NCBI GenBank assembly: GCA_964016885.1
Contig: CAXHJY010000018.1
Location: forward strand, 35,001 to 99,000
DNA length: 64,000 nucleotides
Reading direction: 5' to 3'
Source: Eledone cirrhosa
Lineage: Eukaryota
The first letter of the stretch is position 1; every line of letters begins with the position of its first letter. Positions 1-11,737 of this stretch are shown here, in pieces. The notes under the pieces are model-generated. The model saw only the letters and a program-made list of their open reading frames with translations, was not told where the DNA came from and searched no databases. Position numbers and translations under genes: made by a program.

Positions 1-50
1 GGGGTTATATCCGTAGTAGTAGAGCACTCAGTACATGGGACGAGTTTGGT

Positions 51-203
51 AGAAGTAGTTCCACAACAGTTAGTTCACCATTACTGAGAACAATTGTTTC
101 ACCTTATTCGGATCATCAGCTTGGTTTAAACTGAGCTGATGATCCGAATAAGGTGAAACAATTGTTCTCGTAATGGTGAACTAACTGTTGTGAAACTACT
201 TCT
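51..203. repeat. Fold-back inverted repeat (~71-bp arms), probable PLE pLTR remnant
   Basis: agaagtagtt...tcatcagct pairs with agctgatga...aactacttct around a 12-nt spacer; few mismatches. Confidence 0.9.
130..169 (+). ncRNA. Minimal type I hammerhead-ribozyme-like motif
   Basis: actgag-CTGATGA-tccgaataaggt-GAAA-caattg-TT-ctc; palindromic stem III; the opposite arm retains the full stem I partner ctcagt. Confidence 0.6.
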
Positions 204-524
204 CTCTCTCTCTCTATATATATATATATGTAGTGACATATGGTGTATTTTGGGCATTTGGGAGTTTGCCGAACTCTCTTATTCATCATTATGCTTGTGT
301 AACAGAACTGTATGTATAGATCCATAACTCTTGGTGGAGTCATAGGGGCATCATCATGTCAAAGTCTTTGGTACTTTAAATCTGATGGAGCTCATCCCCT
401 TTCCAGGTCTAAACACAGCTGATATCTTCCAGAGAACAAGAAAATGAGAGAGAAAAAGTAATAAAGATATACAGAGGAAGAATCAAACCCAGTATATGTC
501 TGGTGTGATTTTATTGACCTCAAA

Positions 525-632
525 AGGATGAAAAGCAAAGCTAGTCCCAGTGGGATTTAAACTCAGATTGTTGGAACAAACACAGCAATGCTTTCCATTC
601 ATCATTCCAAAGACTCTACCAATTTGCCACCT
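525..632 (-). mobile_element. Degenerate tRNA-derived SINE (family 1)
   Basis: aggatgaaaagcaaagct...gggatttaaactcaga matches the reverse of the family core and B box. Confidence 0.6.
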
Positions 633-1131
633 CCTCTAATTATAGGACTATTCTATCACAGCTGATTTGGGCTAAACCACAATATATCTACATTTTACAG
701 CAAATAGTGGAACTATTCCAGTGTTAGGTTATTTTCTCTTTTAATTTTTAGTTTAAGGAGATGTAATATCTAGAACTTTTGTGAGCACTTCAAGAATGGT
801 ACGAGGAACCCCTTGTTGACATTTACTTTTGAAACTGCCCACTGACAATGTTTCTATAACCTTATAGCCCCCCCCCCCCAAAAAAAAATATTTGAAATCA
901 AATCTTAAGACGGAAAAAGTAAGTTGCTATAATTTGCATACATACCTATAAAATTGTAAAACTATAAATTTATTAAAATTTTCAGTAGAAATGCATTCCC
1001 ATTTTTATTAACTTGTAATTCATTCTTGATACTAAAGGTGTTTTCTAACCAAAATTAAAAAAGTGTGACTTTTAGTCATGAAAATGGCAGAGTTATGGCT
1101 AGATGCTTTAATATATCTGCATTAATAGGAC

Positions 1132-1390
1132 TGTGGATTGACAGAATTGGTTGACTGTCAGATAAAATGCCATTGCAGTATTTGTTCTGATTCGTGATAT
1201 TCTAAGTTCTAATCCTGCCAATGTCAACTTTGCTTTGGGTCGATAAAACAAAGTATCAATTAAGTACTGGGATTGATTTCTAAACCCATGCTAGCGTGGA
1301 TGATAGATGTTAAACGATGATGATGATGATGATGATGATGATGTCCGTGTCCTAAAATTTACTGGCCTTGCGCCTAAATTATAAATCAAT
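1132..1390 (+). mobile_element. Degenerate SINE family 1 interrupted by a short RTE 3' tail with (GAT)n
   Basis: Core aactttgc...gtcgataaaacaaagta; aacccatgctagcgtgga...gttaaacgatgatgat at about 1283-1343. Confidence 0.6.
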
Positions 1391-1886
1391 ATATCTATAT
1401 TTCTTCTTTAAAATCTGGAGTTAATATCTTTACATATATTTGCTCTTTAGAGTTATTTTGTTTGACATTTCTCTATATATTAACTGTTAACCCTCTAACT
1501 TCAAATTAAATTAACTTATAATTTCAAATGCTATCGCATTAAAGATCTGCTAGATATTTTTTCTGTTTTCTATTTTCAATGGAAGTATATTATTAGAACA
1601 TTTATAATCAATTGTAGATAATGATTTACAATGTCTAGTAAGTTTGATCCGTATCAATAGTTATATATGTACTGAGTTGGTAGATCTGTGCCAAACTAAT
1701 GGAAAATTCAATGATTAATTACATTATTAGTCTTGGCATTTATGTTTTTATTTAGACAATATTTCAATTCGTATGTTTTCCTGTCAAGTGTCATAATATT
1801 TTCCATTTATAAATTTTCCTTCAACCAAGTCTGAAACTGTGTTTCTTTATTACAAAGTTAGGAAATAAAACCTAGCATGAACAAAA

Positions 1887-2096
1887 GTGTGTGTGTGTGT
1901 GTGTATGTGTGTGTGTATGTGTGTGTGTATGTGTGTATGTGTGTGTATATGGATGTGTGTATGTATGTGTGTTAATTTGGTTTTATTAATTTCTCAGAGA
2001 GAGGAGAGAGAAAGAAGAGAGAGGACAGAGAGAGAGGAGAGAGAGAGGAGAGGAGATAGAGGAGAGATAGAGAGAGAGAGGAGAGACAGAGAAAGA
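1887..2096. repeat. Compound (GT)n and (GA)n microsatellites
   Basis: Read directly from sequence. Confidence 0.95.
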
Positions 2097-2299
2097 GCTG
2101 GTTTCTAATAAAACAAGAAGACTCTTTCAACGGAATTTAGACATCAAATAGGTAATTATGAATATATGTCTCTGTATGTGTTTGTGTGTGTGTGCAGGTT
2201 TGGATATCATTTCATGTATGGCTCTGTTTTGAGTTATATGTGGACATATACATATATTTCTAGGTAATTCCCTAATGCCATGATAAATTACACCCAATA

Positions 2300-2457
2300 C
2301 AGTGAAATTCCGTTATAATGAAATTCACGGGGTATAAAAAAAATTTGTTGTAATGAAAAATTCTTTATAATGAGATTGACATAACACATCGAATGTGTGG
2401 CAGGGCATTGAAAAATATTTCGTTATAATTGTATTTGTTATAACGGAATTTTACCTG
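2300..2457. mobile_element. Tc1/mariner (pogo/Tigger-like) MITE
   Basis: TA|cagtgaaattccgttataa ... ttataacggaattttacctg|TA terminal inverted repeats with TA flanks. Confidence 0.8.
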
Positions 2458-3454
2458 TACATCCTGTGAAGTTTGGTGCAATAGAAAAGACATTCAGCTG
2501 TAAAAACCATATCAAAACTGGAATGTATGTAAACACGATATGATTCTATATATACACAAACACATACACATGTGTGTGTGCCTTTGTAGTGATGTTTGTT
2601 TATGCACACATAAAGGATACATTTTGCAGCTTTGTTATAGGGCTGGTCAGGGGTATATACCATACTTTAAACTGTGTTAGTCACAAGAAAGGCATCTATC
2701 TGGCTAAAGAAAATCTACCTCATAAAAGTTTCATATGACCCACCTTAGCATGTAAAAGTGAACCTAAAAATGAGGACGAAGATAATACAGAGGAAGGAAA
2801 CAGCATAAGAGTATGACTAAGAAAAAACTGGCCAGAAGTAGAAAGAGTTGATCTCAGAATACTGAACCTCATAGAGGAGATGACAAAGGACAAAAAAATG
2901 CAACAAGTGGAGGAAAGATGCACTGGAGAAGACTTGTCCACAATATCGAAATATAGATGTAAAAATGATGGTGGATGGTAATGGTGATATATATATAAAT
3001 GTATATATATATATATATGGGTGTGTAAAAACACTGGTCATGATCAGCAAACACACTAATGAAAAGTCAAAATGTAGTATGACTATAAGTATATAGTTGA
3101 GGCTAGTAATCTGCTCAGTTTCATTCATTTTATAATAAATATATCATTTGAGTAGAAATGTAATTAAATGGAGACTGACATATTTTACTGGCTTACAATG
3201 TCAAGACTTGATTTTGAACAAAACAAAACTACTAAATATCAAACCAGCAATGCTATGAAGCAGTATTTCTTGTAATTTTCAGTGAAAGACTATTATAAAT
3301 ATACTCAGTATTGCTTTTTCATTATTTTTGTCAGGAAATACATACTTTCATTTTTTATATCAAATGTTTGTTTTGTTGTTTGTGAAGTGAAAGATGCAAA
3401 GAATATATTAAGAGTGTTGAGATGTTTGAGCTCGTAAGCAGCTCCGATACTTAC

Positions 3455-3589
3455 ATTAACATTTCTTTTTGAAGTTGAATTTGGTTTCCAGTTGTATTTA
3501 TTAAAGATCCATTCGTAATTCTCAGGAGCACCATCTGTTACTAACATGATTGCTTTGTTACAACAAGTTTCATTGTTGACTTTGTTTTG
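3455..3589 (-). CDS. alpha2-delta subunit, coding exon D (VWA, TDG motif)
   Basis: ttttcAG|...|GTaagt, 135 nt: QNKVNNETCCNKAIMLVTDGAPENYEWIFNKYNWKPNSTSKRNVN, matching the family CN.AIML.TDG...IF.KYNW motif. The gene continues beyond both window ends. Confidence 0.93.
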
Positions 3590-4639
3590 CTGAAAATGAA
3601 ATGGTACATTAGTTCATAAATTATATTTAGGAAAATAGAATAAGGAAAAGTATGTATAAGTTGTAATAGAGAAAGAAGTTGGAATGAATACTGGGAAAAG
3701 AGAAGACTGACAATAGATTGAAGAGAAATAATGAGGTGAATAAAGTAATATCTAGAAGAAAAAATAGAATAAAATTATTGAAACTGAACATATAGTCATA
3801 TTGGCAATCATCACATAATTACAAGCTTTATGTTTGATCAAAACTTCATACAAGGATGTCTATACATTCACAAAACGTTATTAAAGATATTTGCTCTTGC
3901 TTTGTAAAAGCATATATATATAGATGGATACGTATGCTATGAATATAAAAATGTAGATATAGTAAAACTGTATCTGAAAATAAATACTAACAAGAAAACA
4001 CTTCTCTCACACATTTTTATTGTGTCTGCCTTTCTGTATTGATTGGGTTGAATATCCAGACATCTACACACACAGGTTATACACACACACAGAGGAACTC
4101 AAACACACACACAAAGAGGAACACACACACACACACGTGTGTGTTACAATGGCCGAGTAGATAAAATGATGGCATCTCCTTCATCTTTTCCCCATCTCCT
4201 ATCATCTACTTTTTCTATCATTATCATGTTATTGTTGCAATCTATTATCTCTGCTATCATTATTACTCTCTTTTCTTGTAAGATCTATGATAGTTATCTA
4301 GCATCACCATGTTCTTTTTTCTTCTGTCATCATTGTCTTCTTCGCTCATTCTTCTCCTTCTAGGTGAAGTGACCTACTGAAAATATGCAATCAAACTTGC
4401 CAGTGAGGTCAGCTTCGTACAGCTTGTGAATGAAGGTCAGGAATAGAGGTGCTGATAGGCTAAACTTACAAGATCTAGTTCATAACAATTTTTGCTGTGA
4501 CATTCTGCTTGTGATTGTTGTACTTTTTGCAGATGCATTTTTCATTTCTATTGGTCTTTGGTATAGTAGTTTGTAAGCATGTATCCCATAATAGGCACTG
4601 AACTATGTCCACAAATGTGGTAAATACTTCAAAATATAA

Positions 4640-4860
4640 AATAATTGAGCACTATCAGTCTCTTTCTGATGGGTTTGTCATTGAACCTAAAGTAGTGGAA
4701 ACTTCTAGCATCCTTGGTTCCTGTACCATCTCCCTACTCCTATTAAGATGGAGTTGGCCACCTACAGGAGTGAGTCCCATGAGTCCAAATGGCTATTTCA
4801 ATGTGTCTCCCTCACCATCCTCTGGGGTAATGTTTTCTCTATTCTACCTGCAGTGACCAT
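4640..4860 (+). mobile_element. Degenerate 3' fragment of CRE-like non-LTR element
   Basis: EPKVVETSSILG...ELAT...WLFQCVSLTILWGNVFSIL is homologous to 49460-49885. Confidence 0.7.
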
Positions 4861-6297
4861 GGGGTGCCATGTACCTGGGATACATTTGAGATCATTCTCC
4901 CACATTGTCCAGGCATATAATTTTACATCTATACACACTGGTATATAAATATTTTAGAAAATAAAAATATAAAAGACAAGCAATGGGTAAAGTTCCTGTA
5001 AAAATACAGGTGAGTGCAAAGGATCAACTACAATGAAAGCTCTAGAATTTGTTATAGTTTGAAGACATTTGAAATCTGATTCATGCTGGTTATGCAAACA
5101 TATTTTGTGAATAAATAACAGTGGCACTGTTTCACAGTTAAAGAATAATCTACAAACAATTGTAAGTATAAGCTGGATGCCTTTTTCTATCGCTAATCAT
5201 ATAAAAAAGAAATAGGAATGGAACCTAGCCAAACCTAGTCAGGAAGAATTGTGTTTCTTGCTCAGAGTACAATACAACGGTTGTAGTAAAGTTTGAAATT
5301 AAGACAATGTAGTTAGTTGCCCAGAATTTTCACCTCATAGTCATTATATCTCTTCACCATAAAATAGCAATTTAACAATGAATACTACTGGAAGTATAAA
5401 TATACATTAAAGAAGAGAATAATAATATGGCTATAAATGCTAGGTATTGCTTCTACATGATAATTACAATAGAAGAAAGTCAAATATAATGTGAAATAAA
5501 TTAAGTAATTTGTATTGAAAAGTGTCTAGACTAAAAGATGGCAAGTTGTTTTTCCTACTACTTATCGCCAACTAAATAAAGAGAGGATTAAATGATTGAA
5601 GTAGGTGGAATTCTGTTGGTTTTATTCATTCCTTTTGATTTAACCTATTTCTGTTATACAATATGGTGAATTGACAGTGATATTCACAATTTATGTCTGT
5701 TTTACCACGTTTGCATAGTTTGGACAGAGCTTTTTGGGACAGTGTTTTGTGACAAGATACTCTTCCTGGTGCCAACCCTTTTAGTCTCTTCTTATGACAT
5801 ACAGAGAAACAGGTATTTATTCTAAAAACTGGGATACAAACAAAACACAGGTAATAACTAAAGTCTTGAGATTGTATAACATTTTGAGATTTAATCTTTA
5901 GACAATGTAACAGTCATTTAACTCTTTAGATTAAAGCTAAGCATTTGTCTTTTGCATTATGCATATATATCTTGGAAAATTATTTTACCCTTATTTTCAA
6001 TGAGACCAAACATTGCACACATTTTTGGTTGGAATAAACGAGATGAAAGGCAGTTCCACATTCATTGAATAAGTTCATAGAATAAAGGACAAAACTGTGA
6101 AAAATATTTGGTGCAAATGATAAAAGAGAGATGTAATATGGTAAGGAACTGATAGATAGGCACCGACAGAGTTTCTTTAAGTAGAGGACATAACCAGCAA
6201 CTTCAGAACTTATTGTTAAACAAAGTAAACAGTTTTCTAAATTTAGTCTAATACAACTGTATATTCTCAATTTGAACCACATTTATTACATCTATAG

Positions 6298-6619
6298 CAG
6301 GGTTTCTCAACCTGAGTGATATCCCATACTTATGAGCGATTTCAACTGTTAGGTGGGTGATGAGCAACTGAACAGAAAATGTTGGGCAATTGGAAATTTT
6401 GGTGGATGATATAAGATTTTGAGTATTAAGAAGGTTTCAACATATGCTACCTGAAATAAATATTTAAAGGATATATGCAAAGAACCTGTATAAAAAAAAC
6501 AACAGGGGACTAAATAGGAATAACAAAACAGTAACAAATTTTTACCAAACATTTTTGGGCAGTGGAAAACTTTTCTATGTGAAAGTGGGCAACGATGCAA
6601 AAAAGCTTGGGAACCCTTG
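6298..6619. mobile_element. hAT (Charlie-like) MITE
   Basis: Imperfect TIRs cagggtttctcaacct / agcttgggaacccttg with exact 8-bp TSD atctatag (6290-6297, 6620-6627). Confidence 0.85.
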
Positions 6620-6734
6620 ATCTATAGGAACAAAACAATAATCAATTGTTATCCTTCCTCACCCAATGCTACATTCTAAGATAAAAAATATCATATAGCT
6701 AAAATTGTTTAGTTGTGTGAGTGTGTGTCTGTGA

Positions 6735-6910
6735 AACATATACACCAGGTCTGAACACAAAAAAACTAAACTCCCACTGTTACTGCCTTTGTCTCCCCTG
6801 CTCTCTCCATCTCCCATGGGTGCCCATGTGCTGGCTGCTCTGTGGCTCCCAGTGAACAGAATAGGCATTTTCCCAGAGACATGCTAGATGAGCCATTCCA
6901 GCTCGCAACT
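6735..6910 (-). mobile_element. 3' end fragment of the CRE-like family
   Basis: Reverse strand is similar to 49800-50010 (GESR.D.GS.SGSLV in both ORF translations). Confidence 0.65.
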
Positions 6911-7019
6911 GTAATCTTTTTCTATTACAATTTAGTATTTCTTCCTTAATTATACTCAAGAATCCACCTCCCCCTCATAATCACCATCGCCGTCATCATC
7001 ATCATTATTATCATCAACA

Positions 7020-7540
7020 TTATATATTTTTTTTCCATGCTTGAATGGGTTGAATAGGTCTTTTCCAGCATATCATCTTGTCACTTGTGGTTGTCTTTGC
7101 TGAATCTCAAAAATGTTGCAACAAAAGACAACCACAATGGCAAGATGATGTGCAGAAAAATACCTGTTCAACACTGAAAATGATCTCAGAATGGTGAACC
7201 TCACAAAGGCGGTGACAATTCTGAGATCAGTTTCACCACATATTTTTATATTTTTCTTAGTCTTCCTCTTTTTCTGGTTCCTTGCACTTGGACTACTTGG
7301 CACTTCTTTACCTGTCACCCAGCCTTCACACATACAACACATATCTGTATGGGCTCAGTCGTTTCTCTTGCACACTATATCCAGCTTTTCTCTCAGCTTA
7401 TGTGTGCTCCACTCTTAATGCACATTAATATTATACATCCCGTGGCACATACTTGCATCATTTCTTTTCAGCCTTCACACATCCTTTTCATTTAACACCC
7501 ATGTTTTGCTTCCATACAACACCACATTATGCACATAAGG
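7020..7540 (-). mobile_element. Old RTE LINE 3' fragment
   Basis: RTE-type tail (ttttccatgcttg..tgggttg next to catcatc) and decayed C-terminal coding similarity. Confidence 0.55.
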
Positions 7541-7559
7541 ATTATATAATATATCCTTT

Positions 7560-7670
<111 letters not shown>

Positions 7671-9294
7671 TAATAGCTCCCTGAACTTTTTATAGCTTCC
7701 TGAACTTTTTCACAATGTTGATAGTAATATGTGAAATGTTTTTTTTTATGGCAGTGTCCTTTGCATGCTATTGTTCAAAGATTGTTGGTTCAAAGCTTGT
7801 TTTTATAACTCATTCGTCTTCCCAGTTACTTTAAGCTCACAGAAAATTATAGACATACATCACTGTTGATCTTACATGTTGGTCTGGTTTTCTTATAAAA
7901 TGAAATACATCAATAAATATCTTTACACATACATAGGCATATCCAACAATAATTTATTCATGAAGTCTAATACCTTTTCTTTTAATATTTGTACATAAGC
8001 AGTCATTTATATATAAGCAAATGGAAATAAATCTTCAGATATACTGCTATATATTAATGGGTGTAACTAAAAAAAAAAAGAAATAACAAAAAAAATTCGT
8101 TTTTATTATAAATTACATTCCTAAGATGTAACTGGCTTCTTTGTTGACAATCATTTGATGGCTTGCACACTGTACTGAATATTTGTCAATGTTTAACATC
8201 AAGAAATACTTTATTGCCACTAAAAAAGTTCAAAGATAAAGTTGTTTAAACCAGCAGTAACTCTGTCAGTATTAACCCTAATTATATTTCAAAAGTAGTG
8301 TTGCAGAAAGGTTTACTATTTTAGAGACTTTAGAAGTAATACTAAAAGCATGAATAAAATAAAACCGTAACCTAGTGGATATTTTTATTTGTTTACAAAG
8401 TTAAAAAAATGGGAGGGAGTGGGTGGGGGGTGAGCATATATTCTTCCAGGATTGATTTTTAAAAGTTAATAAAGCTAGATAAAGACAACATTTGGAAAAA
8501 AATATTCACATAGAATATAAATTTTGTATGCCAAAGTTAAATTAAAGAAGAAAATTGAGGATGACTGTTTTTAACTGTCTTAAATTATTTGCACATATAT
8601 ACTTAAATATAAGCTGACCTCCCCCCCATATTATGTCTGAGAATTGAGCAAAAACCGAAACTCCATTTACAAACTGTGGCAGCTAAACAACACAGTTTTG
8701 AAATTCTCATGAGTGGTGAAAATATTTACGAAGTTTTAATATCTAAAGTGTTTTCAGTGTCATTTAGAGTATAGTTTTTGTTTCATAAATCTACTATGTA
8801 ATGACATTTTTAGCATTTTATCCATAAAAATAAGACAATCCCCTCCCATATTTTTAAAAACTTTTATTTCTTTATAATAAAAAAATAAAAAAAATAAAAA
8901 CATGAAAAATTCTAAATTCTAAAATTAATATAATATAAAGAAATGGAGATATATTTTTAGTTTAACCCTTTAGCATTTATATTACTCTATGTACACTATT
9001 GTATTTTCATCGTAAATTCTTTACTTTACATAATATCTCACATAATATCAATAATGTAAATAACATCAATGAGATTTTGATATTATTTATTTTGAGAACA
9101 ATACCTTAACATCAGTATGAATGACCAGTTACAGCTGGTTTGAACAGAAAGAGGTGAGAGAATGCTGGCCAGATATGGCAGGTTTAAATGGGTTAAGGTA
9201 TTATTTAAAAAAATTTTTTTAACTGTTATGGAGATTCTTAAAAACAGTAGTGGGAGATGAAAATGAATAGGAAATAGTTGAAAGAGATTAACTA

Positions 9295-9750
9295 AGAAAA
9301 CACTGTATAAGGATTCAGAGTAGAAGGGCGAGGAAGAGACAGCAAGTGAGAGAGAAGAGAGGCAGAACAAGAAAAAGAGAGGATGAGAAGAGAAATAAAA
9401 CAAAATAAGATTGAAAGAAAAAGTATAATTAAGTCAGAGAAAAACAGTTGGTGCACCTATGCATGTGTACGTGAGTATATGCTTATATGTATAAGGGATA
9501 TTTACGTATTAAAAAGTTCAAATAACAAATGTTTGCTGAGAAAGTTCTCAAGGCAATGCATAAATAAGACTTATGATGATATAGTAAATGTAGAAAAACA
9601 GTGTTTCATTGTAAAATATTTACTGCAGATATTTTAGCACCTTATTTACATAGAATTTGAAATTGGAGAAAATTGTCAAAATATTAACTCTGAATATCAG
9701 CCCCCCCCCCCCATTTTACCATCGATATTTTGGTCACATATTCCTCAGCT
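9295..9750. repeat. Dispersed repeat, paralog of 28420-29072
   Basis: Shared blocks aagtataattaagtca.agaaaaacag, ttaaaaagttcaaataa, ttttggtcacatattcctc. Confidence 0.8.
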
Positions 9751-9796
9751 TATATTCTAGTATATATGGTATGGTTCTTAAATGAATATTAATAAT

Positions 9797-10012
9797 GGTT
9801 TCTGATTTAGGCACAAGGCCAGCAAATCTGGGGGAGGGAAAAGTAGATTAAATTGAATCCAGTACAATTGCTAGTACTTTATTTTATCGACCTGGTAAGG
9901 ATGAAAGGCTAAGCTAACCTAGGCAGGGTTTGAACTCAGAACGTAAAGGGCGATAACTCTATGTCGCAAAGCATGGTGTCTGGCACTTTACTGATACTGC
10001 CAATCCACTGCC
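9797..10012 (-). mobile_element. tRNA-derived SINE family 1, near full length
   Basis: Reverse strand shows A box tggcagtatcag, B box gagttcaaacc, core gcctttcatcctt..ggtcgataaaataaagtac and tail ctggccttgtgcc. Confidence 0.85.
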
Positions 10013-10635
10013 CTCTAGATGAATATCAATAATGCAAAAATAAATGATAAATCAGAAATTAGGGAATAGGGAAATACAGTAAATATTTAAATATTTTGAT
10101 GTTTTCTTATGTGTATATATGTATTTTTTACTGGTTGAGTTAGTAACTGCTATAGGTAGGGTGAGTCAGACTCAGATTGTAAAGACTAATGAAGAATCAC
10201 ATTACCAGTGGCTTTTTTTTGTAACTGTTGTGTATATACTTGTAAGGGGGATGAGGGAGGGCATAATTTATTCACAACGTGATACTGATACATAAAGACT
10301 CATGCAAAACTAGCAATAGTGCAGGTCCCATTTCAACCTGATATGATTAAAAAATAGATTAAAAATAATCAAGAATTTGTAAGGATTTAGTAATATAACT
10401 TTCTCATTATAAAGCTAGTGTTTCGCACATAACTTAAAGGTTCTTATGTAAAATTATGATGAAATGTTTTTAGATAAATATAAACCCTTTAAGAAATTGT
10501 TTTGTATCATAGAACCAGTAGCAGTTACAAGCAGTTTGGAATGAAAAGGATTAATATATAAATAGGAATGCAAATTCTTTTACTTCAGAAAATTACAATT
10601 GAAGGTTTTTAGATAAAAAATGAACTTTTACTTAC

Positions 10636-10800
10636 TTCAGAAAATAATGTAAATGCTTCTTGTAATGCTTTCTCGAAGTTTGCTATGTTGGATGTTTTCA
10701 TGAATTTTATAGCCCTCTTTAAGCGTAAACGGTTATCCAAGTTAGCAGCTACGAGAGTGCGATTGAAGCAACTATCAACATATCTTGGTTTATCATCAAA
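10636..10800 (-). CDS. alpha2-delta subunit, coding exon C (VWA)
   Basis: ttacAG|...|GTaagt, 165 nt, phase 0/0: FDDKPRYVDSCFNRTLVAANLDNRLRLKRAIKFMKTSNIANFEKALQEAFTLFSE. Typical alpha2-delta CF..TLV.AN..N motif. Confidence 0.93.
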
Positions 10801-11566
10801 CTGTAAAGACATTGAAAGTAAATATAGATCAATAACAAATGTCAGTATATTATATATTAAATATTCTATGCCCCACACACCATTTTCCTACTATGATAAA
10901 TTCAACAAAAGCACTACCAAGACTAGTGACCTGTTTTTTCACACCCTTGAAAAGGCTTGCTTAACACACAAACTGAAACTGCTTGGTGCTGCAGTTGGGA
11001 TTTTACATATCTCTATATGTATGTATATGTAGTAAAAAAAATCAGCGGATGTGAAAAAAGAAAACAGTGCTGAATCTGGTATGAGAGCTTATATATTGGT
11101 AATATAAACATTTGGGAGCACTTTTGTTGTGTGTATGGATATAATATAATATATAATATAATATTATATATATATATATATATTTATTAAAATAAAAGAT
11201 TAAAGTTTAAGCATATATCCATAAAGCAATTGGAATAGATGTAGTATAACATGCACAAATTGAAGTTATCTGAATACAGTATAAGAATATGATAAGCTAA
11301 TCTTAAAATGTCCATGACACAATATATTAATAAAGAGAGTCCATTACAATCGTAGAAAACAAATCAATGGGAATGTCTTATATTTTAGACACTAATAGCA
11401 AATATATTGCTGTATCTTTTAAATCACATGTGATAAGATGTGAATGAATAAGATAGAAATGTATGAGAGAGAGAGAGAGAGGGGGGGGGGGGGGAGAGAC
11501 ACCAGTATATGCATTCCTAGTAAGTCATCAAAAAGAGAAGATTTTTCCATTGAACTATATACATAT

Positions 11567-11642
11567 AAGGTGTTCCAAATATGTATACACACTTCAACAC
11601 CATTATAATCAATATGTGTATACATTTTTTGGGGACACCCTG
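11567..11642. mobile_element. Short Tc1/mariner-type MITE
   Basis: aggtgttccaaatatgtatacac ... gtgtatacattttttggggacaccctg imperfect TIRs. Confidence 0.6.
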
Positions 11643-11654
11643 CATATGTGTGTA

Positions 11655-11694
<40 letters not shown>

Positions 11695-11737
11695 CATATG
11701 TATGTATCTACATCTGCATGTATATCTGTCTATCTAT

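Noticed and set aside
1-3454. Next alpha2-delta exon (VRxFTY motif)
   Set aside because: No convincing spliceable match seen; the preceding WQYFGS exon was also not found in 51654-64000. Both probably lie outside the window, though a miss by eye is possible.
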